A DNA stretch of 64,000 nt from a virus (taxonomy: Duplodnaviria > Heunggongvirae > Uroviricota > Caudoviricetes). Location of the stretch: the IMG/VR virus record IMGVR_UViG_3300009008_000002; one strand, 5' to 3'. A program made the position numbers and the translations under genes. Position 1 is the first letter of the stretch. The number at the start of each line of letters is the position of its first letter. Of the stretch, positions 20,056 to 29,399 are shown in pieces. The notes beneath the pieces are model-generated. The model saw nothing but the letters and a program-made list of their open reading frames with translations, was not told where the DNA came from and made no database searches.

Positions 20056-20364
20056 TTACGCAGCCTTCGCAGCCAAGCGGGCCTCAATCAGTTCACGCTC
20101 GGTCGTGGTATATCGACCACGATCCTGCCGTTCCACGCCGGTCTGGTCCTTGACCATCTTGGACCGCACCTGAGCGATCTTGACGTTGATTGCGTTACCT
20201 TCCAGGCAAATCGGCTGAACCGACACCTTATTACGGCCACGCAAGACTCTCTTGACCTTGGCGGTCGGGAACGTGACGCCATACTGGTTCAGCACCTTAC
20301 GGATGCGTTCAGCGTCGGAAGTCTTTTTGGCGGTGCCCTTGGGGCGACCAACAGTGTTACTCAT
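20056..20364 (-). CDS. Basic putative DNA-binding protein (GRP/AT-hook-like N-terminus)
   Basis: VGRPKG; strong GAGGAG SD; paralogue at 63906-64000. Confidence 0.75.
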   Translation of the reverse strand: MSNTVGRPKGTAKKTSDAERIRKVLNQYGVTFPTAKVKRVLRGRNKVSVQPICLEGNAINVKIAQVRSKMVKDQTGVERQDRGRYTTTERELIEARLAAKAA

Positions 20365-20485
20365 TAGTAACTCCTCACAGGGTTTGGGGAACAGGGTTTC
20401 GTTTGTTGCGGTTTTAACTCCAATTTTAAGTCAACCGCTCTTTCCGTTTCACTCGCGTCTCTCGACTGAGCATTTAACTCCAATT

Positions 20486-20716
20486 TTAACCGTGTTTGAA
20501 ACTTTGCAGCAAAACATGCTTTGATTTTCTCACACTGGTTCCGACTTTACGGCACGATGCAACCAGGGGGGTTGTCCAAGTATCAGGGCCTTCATCGCCA
20601 CACTCATTGGCAGCAAGTTCTCGCGCCTCTTTACCATTTGGGGCAACGAGAATAAAGCCTGCGACTTCATCGTAGCCGACTTCATCATCCGGTCGTTTCA
20701 GAAGGTAAATGTTCAT
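20486..20716 (-). CDS. Conserved phage hypothetical protein
   Basis: Motif-bounded; YDEVAGFILVA. Confidence 0.75.
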   Translation of the reverse strand: MNIYLLKRPDDEVGYDEVAGFILVAPNGKEARELAANECGDEGPDTWTTPLVASCRKVGTSVRKSKHVLLQSFKHG

Positions 20717-20897
20717 GTCGTTTTAACTCCAATTTTAAGTCAATGTCCTCGGTCCAGCATCCGATTCAGTTTCGCCAACAGGATAGCGGGCATGTTGTAA
20801 AATCGTTCAGTCTTCGCCACGCCCGTAACATGACCCAAGGCAAAACCAACACAGAGGCATAATGCCATGCCTAGAAGATACCAACCGTGAATGTTCA

Positions 20898-21281
20898 TCA
20901 TTGTCTTGACCTGATTGCTTCTCTTATTAGAATCTCAACTTGCTCTTGGCACCAATCAATACATTGTTCCCACTGTTCGTCAGTGAGTCCATTTTGTGCA
21001 TCCAACATGGTGTAGGGAGTGACAGAAATAAAAATCTGCCCTTCGTCGTGGTCGTAGTAGACACCACCAACGTAATCCCTTGGATGATTCAGTGTGCCTT
21101 GTGTGGGTTCTCTCCAAAATTCCGGCTTGTCTTCTGGTGAACACCAAAAATTAACAACACCTGAACGGGCATCCCATAGCCCACCGTCATTTATATCATG
21201 CTTCCTACCAGCATCCAACAATAGCTGGAATGTAGACAAAGGCATTTCGGACAGATACTTTTTGACTTCTCGTTTTTGCAT
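20898..21281 (-). CDS. Hypothetical protein
   Basis: Start after a motif copy. Confidence 0.75.
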   Translation of the reverse strand: MQKREVKKYLSEMPLSTFQLLLDAGRKHDINDGGLWDARSGVVNFWCSPEDKPEFWREPTQGTLNHPRDYVGGVYYDHDEGQIFISVTPYTMLDAQNGLTDEQWEQCIDWCQEQVEILIREAIRSRQ

Positions 21282-21306
21282 GGAATTTAACCCCCAATTT
21301 TAAGTC

Positions 21307-21682
21307 AAAAAAAAAGCGAGCGCCCTAACAGTGGGTAGAATCCACCTGGGCCACTCGCTTCCCCACCCTTGCGGGGGCAGGTAATTATTATTTGAGTGAG
21401 TCTAGTTCAGTTTGACTTTGTAAGGTTTGCCCTACGTGCGTCAAACACTATTTGCCTCAAATTTCAAACTTCGCTTCAAAGCAACACAGCTCCACCGCCA
21501 TTGCGGTTTCATCGCCTCGGCTCCACTAATTCAAAATTATTTTGACAAATTACCACTCCCCGCTATTGCGCTATAGCATCGGTGGGCGCTCTAGTCCTCC
21601 TCGTCTACGATAAGACAAACCACCTGCCGGTGGCTTAACGCCTTACAGCTTACTTTCGCAAGCAAGCGCGGTCGCAGCACCG
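21307..21682 (-). ncRNA. Candidate ~370-nt structured ncRNA ending in an intrinsic terminator
   Basis: No ORF; GNRA-capped hairpins, long-range helices, 3' stem plus U9. Confidence 0.55.
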
Positions 21683-21982
21683 CTAAGTTTTTTTTCCCTT
21701 CCTATGCACCACCAACCAACTAGCATCCAACGTCCAATTTCTCGGATGAATGGACAAGTGGCCTAATGGTCTTGGGTCGGGTATATCCATTACGACAAGA
21801 GTGTGAGTCCTTCGTTGTCGCCAATCATAACGCGACGAAACTTCAACCACTCTTGCGATCACTGGCTTGCCACGGAATCGTTTGTAGGGTGGCGAGTATC
21901 GAGAACGAGTGAATGGCGACATAAAATTGTCTGCCTTCAAATGCTTGTTCTTAACCCGCACCAAGTCTCCGACTTCGATCAC
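21683..21982 (-). CDS. Hypothetical protein (SH3/KOW-like start)
   Basis: IEVGDLVRVK. Confidence 0.65.
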   Translation of the reverse strand: MIEVGDLVRVKNKHLKADNFMSPFTRSRYSPPYKRFRGKPVIARVVEVSSRYDWRQRRTHTLVVMDIPDPRPLGHLSIHPRNWTLDASWLVVHRKGKKT

Positions 21983-21984
21983 GG

Positions 21985-22239
21985 TTACTTCCCTTCAAAC
22001 TGCTGTTGAACTTCTCGAACAAACGCCCGTGCCGCCTTGTCATCAAAGTTGTCGTGGGTGTATTGCAGCTTCGTGGCGATTGACTCGGCAACCGTCTTTG
22101 CTACCCATCGCTGAATTGTTTTCATGTCACCACCCTCTTTCAGTTGCCTTGCGATAGCTGGACAAGACGGAAGTGCGGTAACGGCTTCCTTGACTGCATC
22201 GGCAATCATTCTGTGGTGTCTCTTGTTCATATCTGCCAT
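21985..22239 (-). CDS. Hypothetical protein
   Basis: Start MADMNK after GGAG. Confidence 0.7.
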   Translation of the reverse strand: MADMNKRHHRMIADAVKEAVTALPSCPAIARQLKEGGDMKTIQRWVAKTVAESIATKLQYTHDNFDDKAARAFVREVQQQFEGK

Positions 22240-22327
22240 TTTGATTCTCCAAAAATGTCGCTTCTTCCCGACCAAAAATCACAATCTAGTGAATACATAT
22301 CATAGACTACAATTTTTAGGAGGAAAA

Positions 22328-22921
22328 ATGGATAAGAAATGTTCCTTATGTAAACAGTTTAAGCACGTTGATCAATTCAGAGTGGATAAACACCAAAAAA
22401 GCGGCTACACCTGTCGATGTAAAAAATGCCTCACTCTCAGTTACAAACACTGTCCTGAAACACAACGGCGTTATCGAAACTCACCATCTGGTAGAGCTAC
22501 AGTTATGTGGGGTGATATTAACCGTAGAGCTAAACAAAAACCCGCCTACCAAAATGTTAAAGTTAAAATGACGCGAAAAGAATTCCTAGAGTGGGCTATT
22601 CCAGCAATCAAGGAATTCAAATCCAAACATCCAAACAAATCCCCTTCTATTGATCGCATTGATCGCAAAGGTGACTACAAATTACAAAACCTGCGAATTA
22701 TCAGCCAGCCCCTCAATTATGCACGTTCAGGTTATCCCCTACTCGGCTTACAATTAACAAGTGACAGCCCACCAGAAAAAATACATGAATCGGTAATTTA
22801 TATGGTAAATTGTCTTTACAACAACACCAATACCCCCATGCCTTTTTTCTTAAAAGATGCCATCAATAGGTTGTCAGAACAATGCGATTGTGAAGCAGAG
22901 TGTTTTAGTCCCCAATTTTAA
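22328..22921 (+). CDS. HNH-type homing endonuclease-like protein
   Basis: N-terminal KKCSLC..CRCKKC zinc module; PSIDRID.KGDY..QNLRII; AGGA SD; AT-richer than the flanks; the only convincing + strand gene. Confidence 0.75.
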   Translation: MDKKCSLCKQFKHVDQFRVDKHQKSGYTCRCKKCLTLSYKHCPETQRRYRNSPSGRATVMWGDINRRAKQKPAYQNVKVKMTRKEFLEWAIPAIKEFKSKHPNKSPSIDRIDRKGDYKLQNLRIISQPLNYARSGYPLLGLQLTSDSPPEKIHESVIYMVNCLYNNTNTPMPFFLKDAINRLSEQCDCEAECFSPQF

Positions 22922-23345
22922 GCGAATCGTAGTATTCGTCATACATCCTATGGAATGGGTGTTCTGACTCGCCAGGGCATAACATCCAACACTGTAAGGA
23001 ATAGTCAGTGTGCCCATCTGATCCAAATTCGCCCCAAATTTCATAGAGGCGCACTTGGATTTCCTTTGACGTTCCCTCAAATGTTGGCAGGGTTCGCAAG
23101 GTGTCATAGGGAATTAAAACTGCATCTTCCCATGAGAGGGGAGTGGAAGACAACCATTTGTCTTCGCTAATTGAGAGGTCATCCCCCCACCGAACATAAA
23201 GGTCAATCTCATAACTCCTACCTACTTGGGGAGTTACAATTTTAGGTTCGGTCACTACCACTTCGGTCGGAAGGTAATGCTCAATTACTCTTGACCGCAC
23301 TAACCATGTGGGATCTGGATTGTCAATGCGAGTAAATAACTTCAT
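22905..23345 (-). CDS. Hypothetical protein
   Basis: Start MKLFTR coupled to the upstream stop. Confidence 0.7.
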   Translation of the reverse strand: MKLFTRIDNPDPTWLVRSRVIEHYLPTEVVVTEPKIVTPQVGRSYEIDLYVRWGDDLSISEDKWLSSTPLSWEDAVLIPYDTLRTLPTFEGTSKEIQVRLYEIWGEFGSDGHTDYSLQCWMLCPGESEHPFHRMYDEYYDSLKIGD

Positions 23346-23555
23346 GCCAAACCTGCGTCTTTGAGTGTTGGTTCCAAGCCGGTCAACTGCCCGGCGTCGA
23401 TTTTTTCGATGGTGTCTTCGTAGACTCTGTGACAAGCCTTATGCATACGTTTGCCACCACCAATATCGACGGGTGCGCCTCTATGACCTGTTCCCTCAAA
23501 GGGTTCTTCACACCATGCACAAGTATTCCAGTTTTGTTCTGCACTAGCCACAATT

Positions 23556-23936
23556 TTAATCCTCTTCCCGGTAGTGGTTGGGCAAGTAAATCTCACAGAT
23601 TGCGAGAATGAGTTTCGACAACTGTTCTGCCGTCACAGTTTCACGGGTCAAATCGGTCAACATTTCGTAGACCGTCATCTTCGCAGCGCCAGGAACCGAG
23701 AATTGCTGCTTTCCGAAGAAACCAATTGACTTGCCGATTGCGTGAAGTGCCTCAGCAATATCATCAACAGCACCATCGAATTGAATTCGGGGCGGTTCAT
23801 CATCCTCGGCATCACCATAGCCGGTATACCACGAATCATATTCATCGGTGCCTTCGTAGCAGCAACAGACGCCAGGACCATCAACCCCGCCCTCTTTTTG
23901 AAAGAGGTATCCTTCGATGTATTGTAAAACCTTCAT
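23556..23936 (-). CDS. Hypothetical protein
   Basis: Stop is the TAA of a motif variant. Confidence 0.7.
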   Translation of the reverse strand: MKVLQYIEGYLFQKEGGVDGPGVCCCYEGTDEYDSWYTGYGDAEDDEPPRIQFDGAVDDIAEALHAIGKSIGFFGKQQFSVPGAAKMTVYEMLTDLTRETVTAEQLSKLILAICEIYLPNHYREED

Positions 23937-24065
23937 GGCGAGTTTTCTTCCAAGAGGATTTTAATTGCTTTAACCAAAATGGGATAGTTCTCTTCTAGTT
24001 TCCCATTTTTGTAGGCTTCCACAATTTCTTCTGGAGTTTCGTAATAGGTGTCGTCCACGTCAACT

Positions 24066-24392
24066 TTACATTCCTGCGATGGGAACTAGACAATCAAATC
24101 CATAACCATCAATCAATTCATGGACAGAATCGGTATCGTAATCGTGACGAGACAAGGCGACCAGCAAATGTCCCAACTCTGCCAACTGTTGTGAGTCTAT
24201 TGATACTGTAGGGGAAGGGAAACAAACCTTCGTAGGTTCACCACGAACCAAGTCGCAAAAGTTAATTTCAACACGCCGCTCTGCGCCGGTTTCGGCATCA
24301 ACCACCGTGAAGAAAATATCTTGCCTACTCTTTTTGGCTTCTTCGACGTTCATCTTTTTTCCTCTAGCTAGGTCTGCCATTGATTCAGTCAT
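24066..24392 (-). CDS. Hypothetical protein
   Basis: Start after a motif copy. Confidence 0.7.
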   Translation of the reverse strand: MTESMADLARGKKMNVEEAKKSRQDIFFTVVDAETGAERRVEINFCDLVRGEPTKVCFPSPTVSIDSQQLAELGHLLVALSRHDYDTDSVHELIDGYGFDCLVPIAGM

Positions 24393-24454
24393 GGGTGTGA
24401 CGCCCCAATTTTATTTCCTTTGGCCTGAAAGTATCGCCTTATTATTTGTCTTTC

Positions 24455-24527
24455 AAAAAAAAGAGGCGGGGAGTAAGATTCGACTTGTAACGACCCGTTG
24501 CCGCCAAGACTGTTCTTAGACTCCCCG
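24455..24527 (-). terminator. Putative intrinsic terminator with a large loop
   Basis: cggggagt...actccccg stem followed by a U tract on the minus strand. Confidence 0.45.
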
Positions 24528-24547
24528 TGTTTCGTTTGACCCCAATT

Positions 24548-24844
24548 TTAATCCGGTTCCGTTTCGGAATCAGAGTTAAATTCGTCAATTTGTCCTGCCC
24601 AATCAGCACCAAACAGGAATTCCGCCCCTTCATCTGTGAGGCAACCATTCTCCATCAACAGCACGGGATTTTTGACGTATGGAGACTGGTAAATATCACA
24701 GTGGCGAGCCTCAGTAAAGAAGGCAAACAGCGTCTCGCCGTTCAATCCCTCATACTGAAAGATTAAATTCCACTGTAGACCGTCTTCGTAGCCTCTCGAC
24801 TGCAAAAGCCCACGAGCAATGTTTGCGTTTTGTATTGTAGCCAT
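24548..24844 (-). CDS. Hypothetical protein
   Basis: Stop is the motif TAA. Confidence 0.7.
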   Translation of the reverse strand: MATIQNANIARGLLQSRGYEDGLQWNLIFQYEGLNGETLFAFFTEARHCDIYQSPYVKNPVLLMENGCLTDEGAEFLFGADWAGQIDEFNSDSETEPD

Positions 24845-24850
24845 AATTCC

Positions 24851-25102
24851 CTAGCAGATGTTTTCAACGTAGACAGGACGCTTCGGTTTGGGTTCGGGCT
24901 TGACGGGAGGGAGCCGCTTTAATATCGGTGTGGCTTCCGGTTCGGTTGCCATCGGCGGCATCGTCACTTCCACTTCGGGAAGCAACAACTCGATGATTCG
25001 GTCATTGGTTTCGTTCGTGTGACTGTTCTCTGCCAGCCCAATTTTATATCCGGCTACCAGTCCAACACACAACAACGCTACACACAACAAGGTCGTCTTC
25101 AT
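24851..25102 (-). CDS. Secreted or membrane hypothetical protein
   Basis: Signal-peptide-like N-terminus. Confidence 0.65.
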   Translation of the reverse strand: MKTTLLCVALLCVGLVAGYKIGLAENSHTNETNDRIIELLLPEVEVTMPPMATEPEATPILKRLPPVKPEPKPKRPVYVENIC

Positions 25103-25341
25103 TGACTTTCTTCTCCATCAGTGGAATCAACTTGTTTAACTTCAACTTCCGACTCTGCTCCAATTTTATCTAAATTTGAGGCGATAGTTCCTGCCACAAT
25201 CAGACAACCGACACAAGCGCAAATGGCAATGAAACCCAGAATTGATAGACCAGCGTTTCCGTCATGCGAGCCTTCGTGCCGGTGACAAAATGCCTACCAC
25301 TAAGGCAAGCAATCCGCACGCACAAAGGAAATAGAAATAAA

Positions 25342-25668
25342 TCACAGTCTACTCCGGTTGTAGATTACGTCATCGTGGAACGGGGGCCACGGTAACATTG
25401 TTGTGGTGCCATCCGGCAATCTAATGTCGATCAGCTTTTTGACCTTTTTATATTCATATCGGTCACGAATTGACTTCGGGACTTGTTGCCAATCCTTAAA
25501 TGCCACTCGACCGTAAGGACCAACACCCTGATTCGGGCGGATACCTTTAATTTGATCCCAACTCAACCCATGTTCCTCTAGCCACTCATAGTATTTGAGC
25601 ATGTCTAAGAGGCGCTCGGATTCGGCACGCTTTGCCTGTATATCATCAACAAGGGTAGTTACGCTCAT
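25342..25668 (-). CDS. Hypothetical protein
   Basis: ORF in the gene chain. Confidence 0.7.
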   Translation of the reverse strand: MSVTTLVDDIQAKRAESERLLDMLKYYEWLEEHGLSWDQIKGIRPNQGVGPYGRVAFKDWQQVPKSIRDRYEYKKVKKLIDIRLPDGTTTMLPWPPFHDDVIYNRSRL

Positions 25669-25863
25669 TTGGCCCGAAACTCCGGTTCGTGTTCGTCAGT
25701 CCACTCGCCAAATTCGTTGTCCACCAGAAGTTGTGCAATCTGACGTTCAGCTTGGCTTAGGTCATCACGCATAATATGACTGAGACGACGAGCAATTTCC
25801 TGCAATAATCCCGAAAGACCCAAGGACTGTCTCTGTAACTTAGATACCAAGTCTTCAGGCATT

Positions 25864-26124
25864 TTAATTCCTTTCAGGGTCAAGGGGTTGGGGTCGGGAA
25901 GCCATAAGTAAATATCCCCCTTCATGGACAGGGGAAATGTCGCCACATTCAGCACACTCGCCTTCATCGTAGAGGGTGTTTGCTTCTGCAAACGTGCAGC
26001 GTGCGCCACATGCTGGACAGGTGAACTTAAAATATACCTGTGCGTTGCCGCCCATGCTTCGCATAGCAGCCTCAGCATGTTCGACCAACTCTTGTCGTGG
26101 TAAATCCCGTGGTTTGTCGCTCAT
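25864..26124 (-). CDS. Zinc-ribbon protein
   Basis: FKFTCPACG..CAECG; start after a motif copy. Confidence 0.7.
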   Translation of the reverse strand: MSDKPRDLPRQELVEHAEAAMRSMGGNAQVYFKFTCPACGARCTFAEANTLYDEGECAECGDISPVHEGGYLLMASRPQPLDPERN

Positions 26125-26205
26125 AGCCCGATAGCTCCAATTTTAACAAGTTGCAAATCCAGACCCAATTTTAATTGGGGAATCATGCTGGCGTTGTGAA
26201 GTCGT

Positions 26206-26664
26206 TTAATTGTCATAGTTCCTTGTCCCGTTGCAATCGGGGTAGTTCATGCAACCCCAAAACTTGCTCTTTTTATTTTTACGCTGACTGCGCAATGCCA
26301 TCAACTTGCTACACTTCGGACACGTTGGACCCAACATTTCCCGCCAAGTCTCAAGGCGATTTTCCAGATTCTTGCGCCAACCCTTGACACGATGAACCCG
26401 TTTCATCAAGCCTACAATCTTCGGCTTGCCATCAGGACCACGAACAAATAAAACGAGGCGAATAGCATCCTTGCCCTTGGCACGGCTATTGCCATCCGGG
26501 TTGATTCCCGTGTAGACTCGCAGACTGACTTTAATTCCATTGTAGTCGTAGAGTCTGCCATAGACTAGCTCGGTTGTCCCGTCGATTTCCATGCGCTGAA
26601 ACTTGTGGCGCAGAGTGAGGAACGGCCCCATTTCTTCGGAAGTTACATTGACGTATTCAGGCAT
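26206..26664 (-). CDS. Protein with C-terminal topoisomerase-type C4 zinc finger
   Basis: CPKCSKLMALR...FWGCMNYPDC. Confidence 0.75.
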   Translation of the reverse strand: MPEYVNVTSEEMGPFLTLRHKFQRMEIDGTTELVYGRLYDYNGIKVSLRVYTGINPDGNSRAKGKDAIRLVLFVRGPDGKPKIVGLMKRVHRVKGWRKNLENRLETWREMLGPTCPKCSKLMALRSQRKNKKSKFWGCMNYPDCNGTRNYDN

Positions 26665-26665
26665 C

Positions 26666-26929
26666 TTAGTGCATCCGTTTGTCGTTACCGGGATCGGCAA
26701 TTGGAAGAAACTGGTTTGGTCTGTCGCTGATTATCCCACCATCGCTTAGGCTCATCAGGCACGGATATTTACTATCACCATCATCGTGCATTGTGAGCCG
26801 CGCAACTACAAATCTATCGCCCTCTGGAAACTCCAAGAGAAAACAGGGACAGCCGCCTCTGTATTTTTCCCATTTTTCAAGGTCGATATTTAAGTCTATT
26901 GGCGAACCAGAAATCCACTCTTGATTCAT
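26666..26929 (-). CDS. Hypothetical protein
   Basis: ORF in the gene chain. Confidence 0.65.
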   Translation of the reverse strand: MNQEWISGSPIDLNIDLEKWEKYRGGCPCFLLEFPEGDRFVVARLTMHDDGDSKYPCLMSLSDGGIISDRPNQFLPIADPGNDKRMH

Positions 26930-27207
26930 TGGTTAGACCCCAATTTTAATAGTTCCCGGTGTGTCGGGAACCGGGGTGTAATTTCTTCGGCAATCGCTCG
27001 ATGCGCCGCTTGTCCCTCTTCCCTACTGTGATCAGGGTGGGCATTTGACCAGTCAGTATATCGTCGGGACAATTCCCTACCAAAACCAGGGCGAGCATCG
27101 GGATTAAATGGGCCAGGGTCACGCCCGAACATGGGGTGGTGTGGGCCAGTCCAGGGTTCGCGTTTGCGTCGTTTTGTTTTCATGGTCAACCATCCCCAAT
27201 TTTATTT

Positions 27208-27717
27208 CTAATACCCAAAGGTGCCACTGACGCCAATCCTTACATGAGTGGGACGACGGTAGGAAGATTGACCCCCAAGACTTCTAAATTCGGAATCCCA
27301 ACGGGAGAATTCAGATTGTCGGGGACGATACGGTTGAACGACATTGATTGCCTTAATAGGAAGATGAAGACCGGCATAATACCGCCCGTCAATTCCTCTT
27401 GTCCATTGTGGGTATCGTTGGACCTTCCAAGTGTTAATGTCGTGCCAATAGGGATGAATCCGAACAATCCACCCTAGCTTATTGTGGATTATTTCGAGTT
27501 CTTTATGGCGATTGAATCGACTGTAAATGTCATTGGAAACCACATAGTTTCCACGTAACCAACAGCCACCACTTGAATCGACCACCAATGCCTCTTTGTA
27601 GACTCTTGCGCTGGCCCCAACGGGCATGTCGCGCAGATACAAGGTGGATTTATCCAAATGGGATGGGATGGGGGCTTGCCCGCAGACAAGCATAGTAGCT
27701 AGGATTATTGTGTTCAT
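27208..27717 (-). CDS. Secreted hypothetical protein
   Basis: Signal-like N-terminus; start after a motif variant. Confidence 0.7.
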   Translation of the reverse strand: MNTIILATMLVCGQAPIPSHLDKSTLYLRDMPVGASARVYKEALVVDSSGGCWLRGNYVVSNDIYSRFNRHKELEIIHNKLGWIVRIHPYWHDINTWKVQRYPQWTRGIDGRYYAGLHLPIKAINVVQPYRPRQSEFSRWDSEFRSLGGQSSYRRPTHVRIGVSGTFGY

Positions 27718-27792
27718 GGTCCTTACAGCTACAATTTTAAGTAGCCAACGTCAGCCCAATGGCGAGCGACCCACTTTTTAATTGCGAATCGT

Positions 27793-28008
27793 TCACTCAT
27801 CGAATTCATCCTCTTCAAGTTCGTCAAAGTCACCCGCACGGATCTTTTGACGGACCTGTTGACGGCTTTTTTTGCCAGTTTTAACTTTGGGACGGTTGCC
27901 ATCCTCAAAGTCATCTTCCCAACGCCAGTTGCTACTGCCACGTTTGTTTTTGCGTTCCATTTCTCGAAACTTAAAAAGAGGGATCTTGATACTTCTCACG
28001 GTGTCCAA
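27793..28008 (-). CDS. Small charged hypothetical protein
   Basis: Basic/acidic composition; start uncertain. Confidence 0.5.
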   Translation of the reverse strand: MDTVRSIKIPLFKFREMERKNKRGSSNWRWEDDFEDGNRPKVKTGKKSRQQVRQKIRAGDFDELEEDEFDE

Positions 28009-28432
28009 GAGCGAATGTTTGACGACTGGTAAGGGGTTCGCCTTTTCGTCGCCAACATCCGTCCTTACGCCGGGTAACTACAATTTTAGCAGCATCCGGC
28101 ATCGGACTATATTCGTAAGTTTGACTCTCGGAGAAACCATTGTTGTCCGTCCGAACGGCATTGTCCGGTTGAACAACGATTTTCCTCTCGCTGCAAACTT
28201 CAACAATGGTAAATGGGTAACGGTCAGAACCTACTCCCTGAGTAGCACCATCACCAACTTTGGGAACGTAAGCAGTCACTTCTTTTTCCTTGACCTTTCG
28301 GGCGTATAGGATTTTGGAATCAGGAGCGGTAAGTGTCCATGTTACTTTTGCAATTGCCGCTTCCGAATCAGAAGCCTCAACTATATCTCTACAAACGAAA
28401 CCGTTTGCCTGATAAGCAACCTCGAATTGCAT
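27971..28432 (-). CDS. Conserved phage protein
   Basis: PKVGDGAT...SDRYPFTIVEV...REKYQDPSF. Confidence 0.75.
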   Translation of the reverse strand: MQFEVAYQANGFVCRDIVEASDSEAAIAKVTWTLTAPDSKILYARKVKEKEVTAYVPKVGDGATQGVGSDRYPFTIVEVCSERKIVVQPDNAVRTDNNGFSESQTYEYSPMPDAAKIVVTRRKDGCWRRKGEPLTSRQTFALGHREKYQDPSF

Positions 28433-28447
28433 TGTCCCATCCCAATT

Positions 28448-28828
28448 TTAAGCGGCCACTTCGGCACGCTCTAACACTCGTTTTTCTGTTACATACCAGC
28501 CGGGGCCATCCTTTCGCCACCGATGATAAACGATTTTCAAGTATTTATCGCCCTTTTTAACTTTGCCATCCTTGTGATCACGTCGGGCGACGTGCGTTTT
28601 CCTACTTTTGACCACTTCGCCACCCTCAACCACTTCGGCACCACAGCACGGAGAACACACCACCCATTCGTGGTGGGTGCCACGAGCGCCCCAGTATTCG
28701 TAAGAACCGATACCGTGATCTTGTAGCTCACCCCTACAACCTGCGCCACAATCTCCGCAGATACCATCGGGTAGGTCTTCTGGTTCGATTTTCGGCTTGG
28801 AACTAAGCATCTTGTGCCATCGCCTCAA
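28448..28828 (-). CDS. Hypothetical protein
   Basis: DHGIGSYEYWGA; stop is the motif TAA. Confidence 0.7.
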   Translation of the reverse strand: MRRWHKMLSSKPKIEPEDLPDGICGDCGAGCRGELQDHGIGSYEYWGARGTHHEWVVCSPCCGAEVVEGGEVVKSRKTHVARRDHKDGKVKKGDKYLKIVYHRWRKDGPGWYVTEKRVLERAEVAA

Positions 28829-29399
28829 AAACTTGTTTCGTTTGTGTGACCCGTTGACCGGACTGTTTCATGGACTCCAATTTTAACAGCACGGTCTTTG
28901 CCTCGTTAATTGCTGTCTTCAGGGTGTCAAGTTCACCAACGTCCCAATAAGCAGGGCCATTCTGGCTAATTTTAACATTCTTTTCCTTGTAGTGACCCCA
29001 TCCATCGGTAAACCCAACCAGACTCACCACAATTAAACTCCGAGATTCGTTCAAACAAATCAATGTCTGCATCAGCCTTCCGGTCGGCGGCTATCTGTTC
29101 GGGAGTTCTTTTTCTACTTCTTTTTCTACTAGGCGACATTTTAATCCTCGAATGGATCTTCGTTCATCGGGAAACTACCCTGAATCTTGCCACATTGCAG
29201 GCACCACGTAAATTCAACGTAGTCACCCCCGCCGATACCACAATCACGGGGAACATAACCATCCAAGTCACGATGCGGTTCATTCACCTCCGCAACATGA
29301 CACAAATCACTACACTTGGCGCTCGCAGCCAAAAGACGGGTAGAACCACACTGGTCGCATGTTTTCATTTTGCCCTCTACAATTTTAAGTAGGGTGTTT

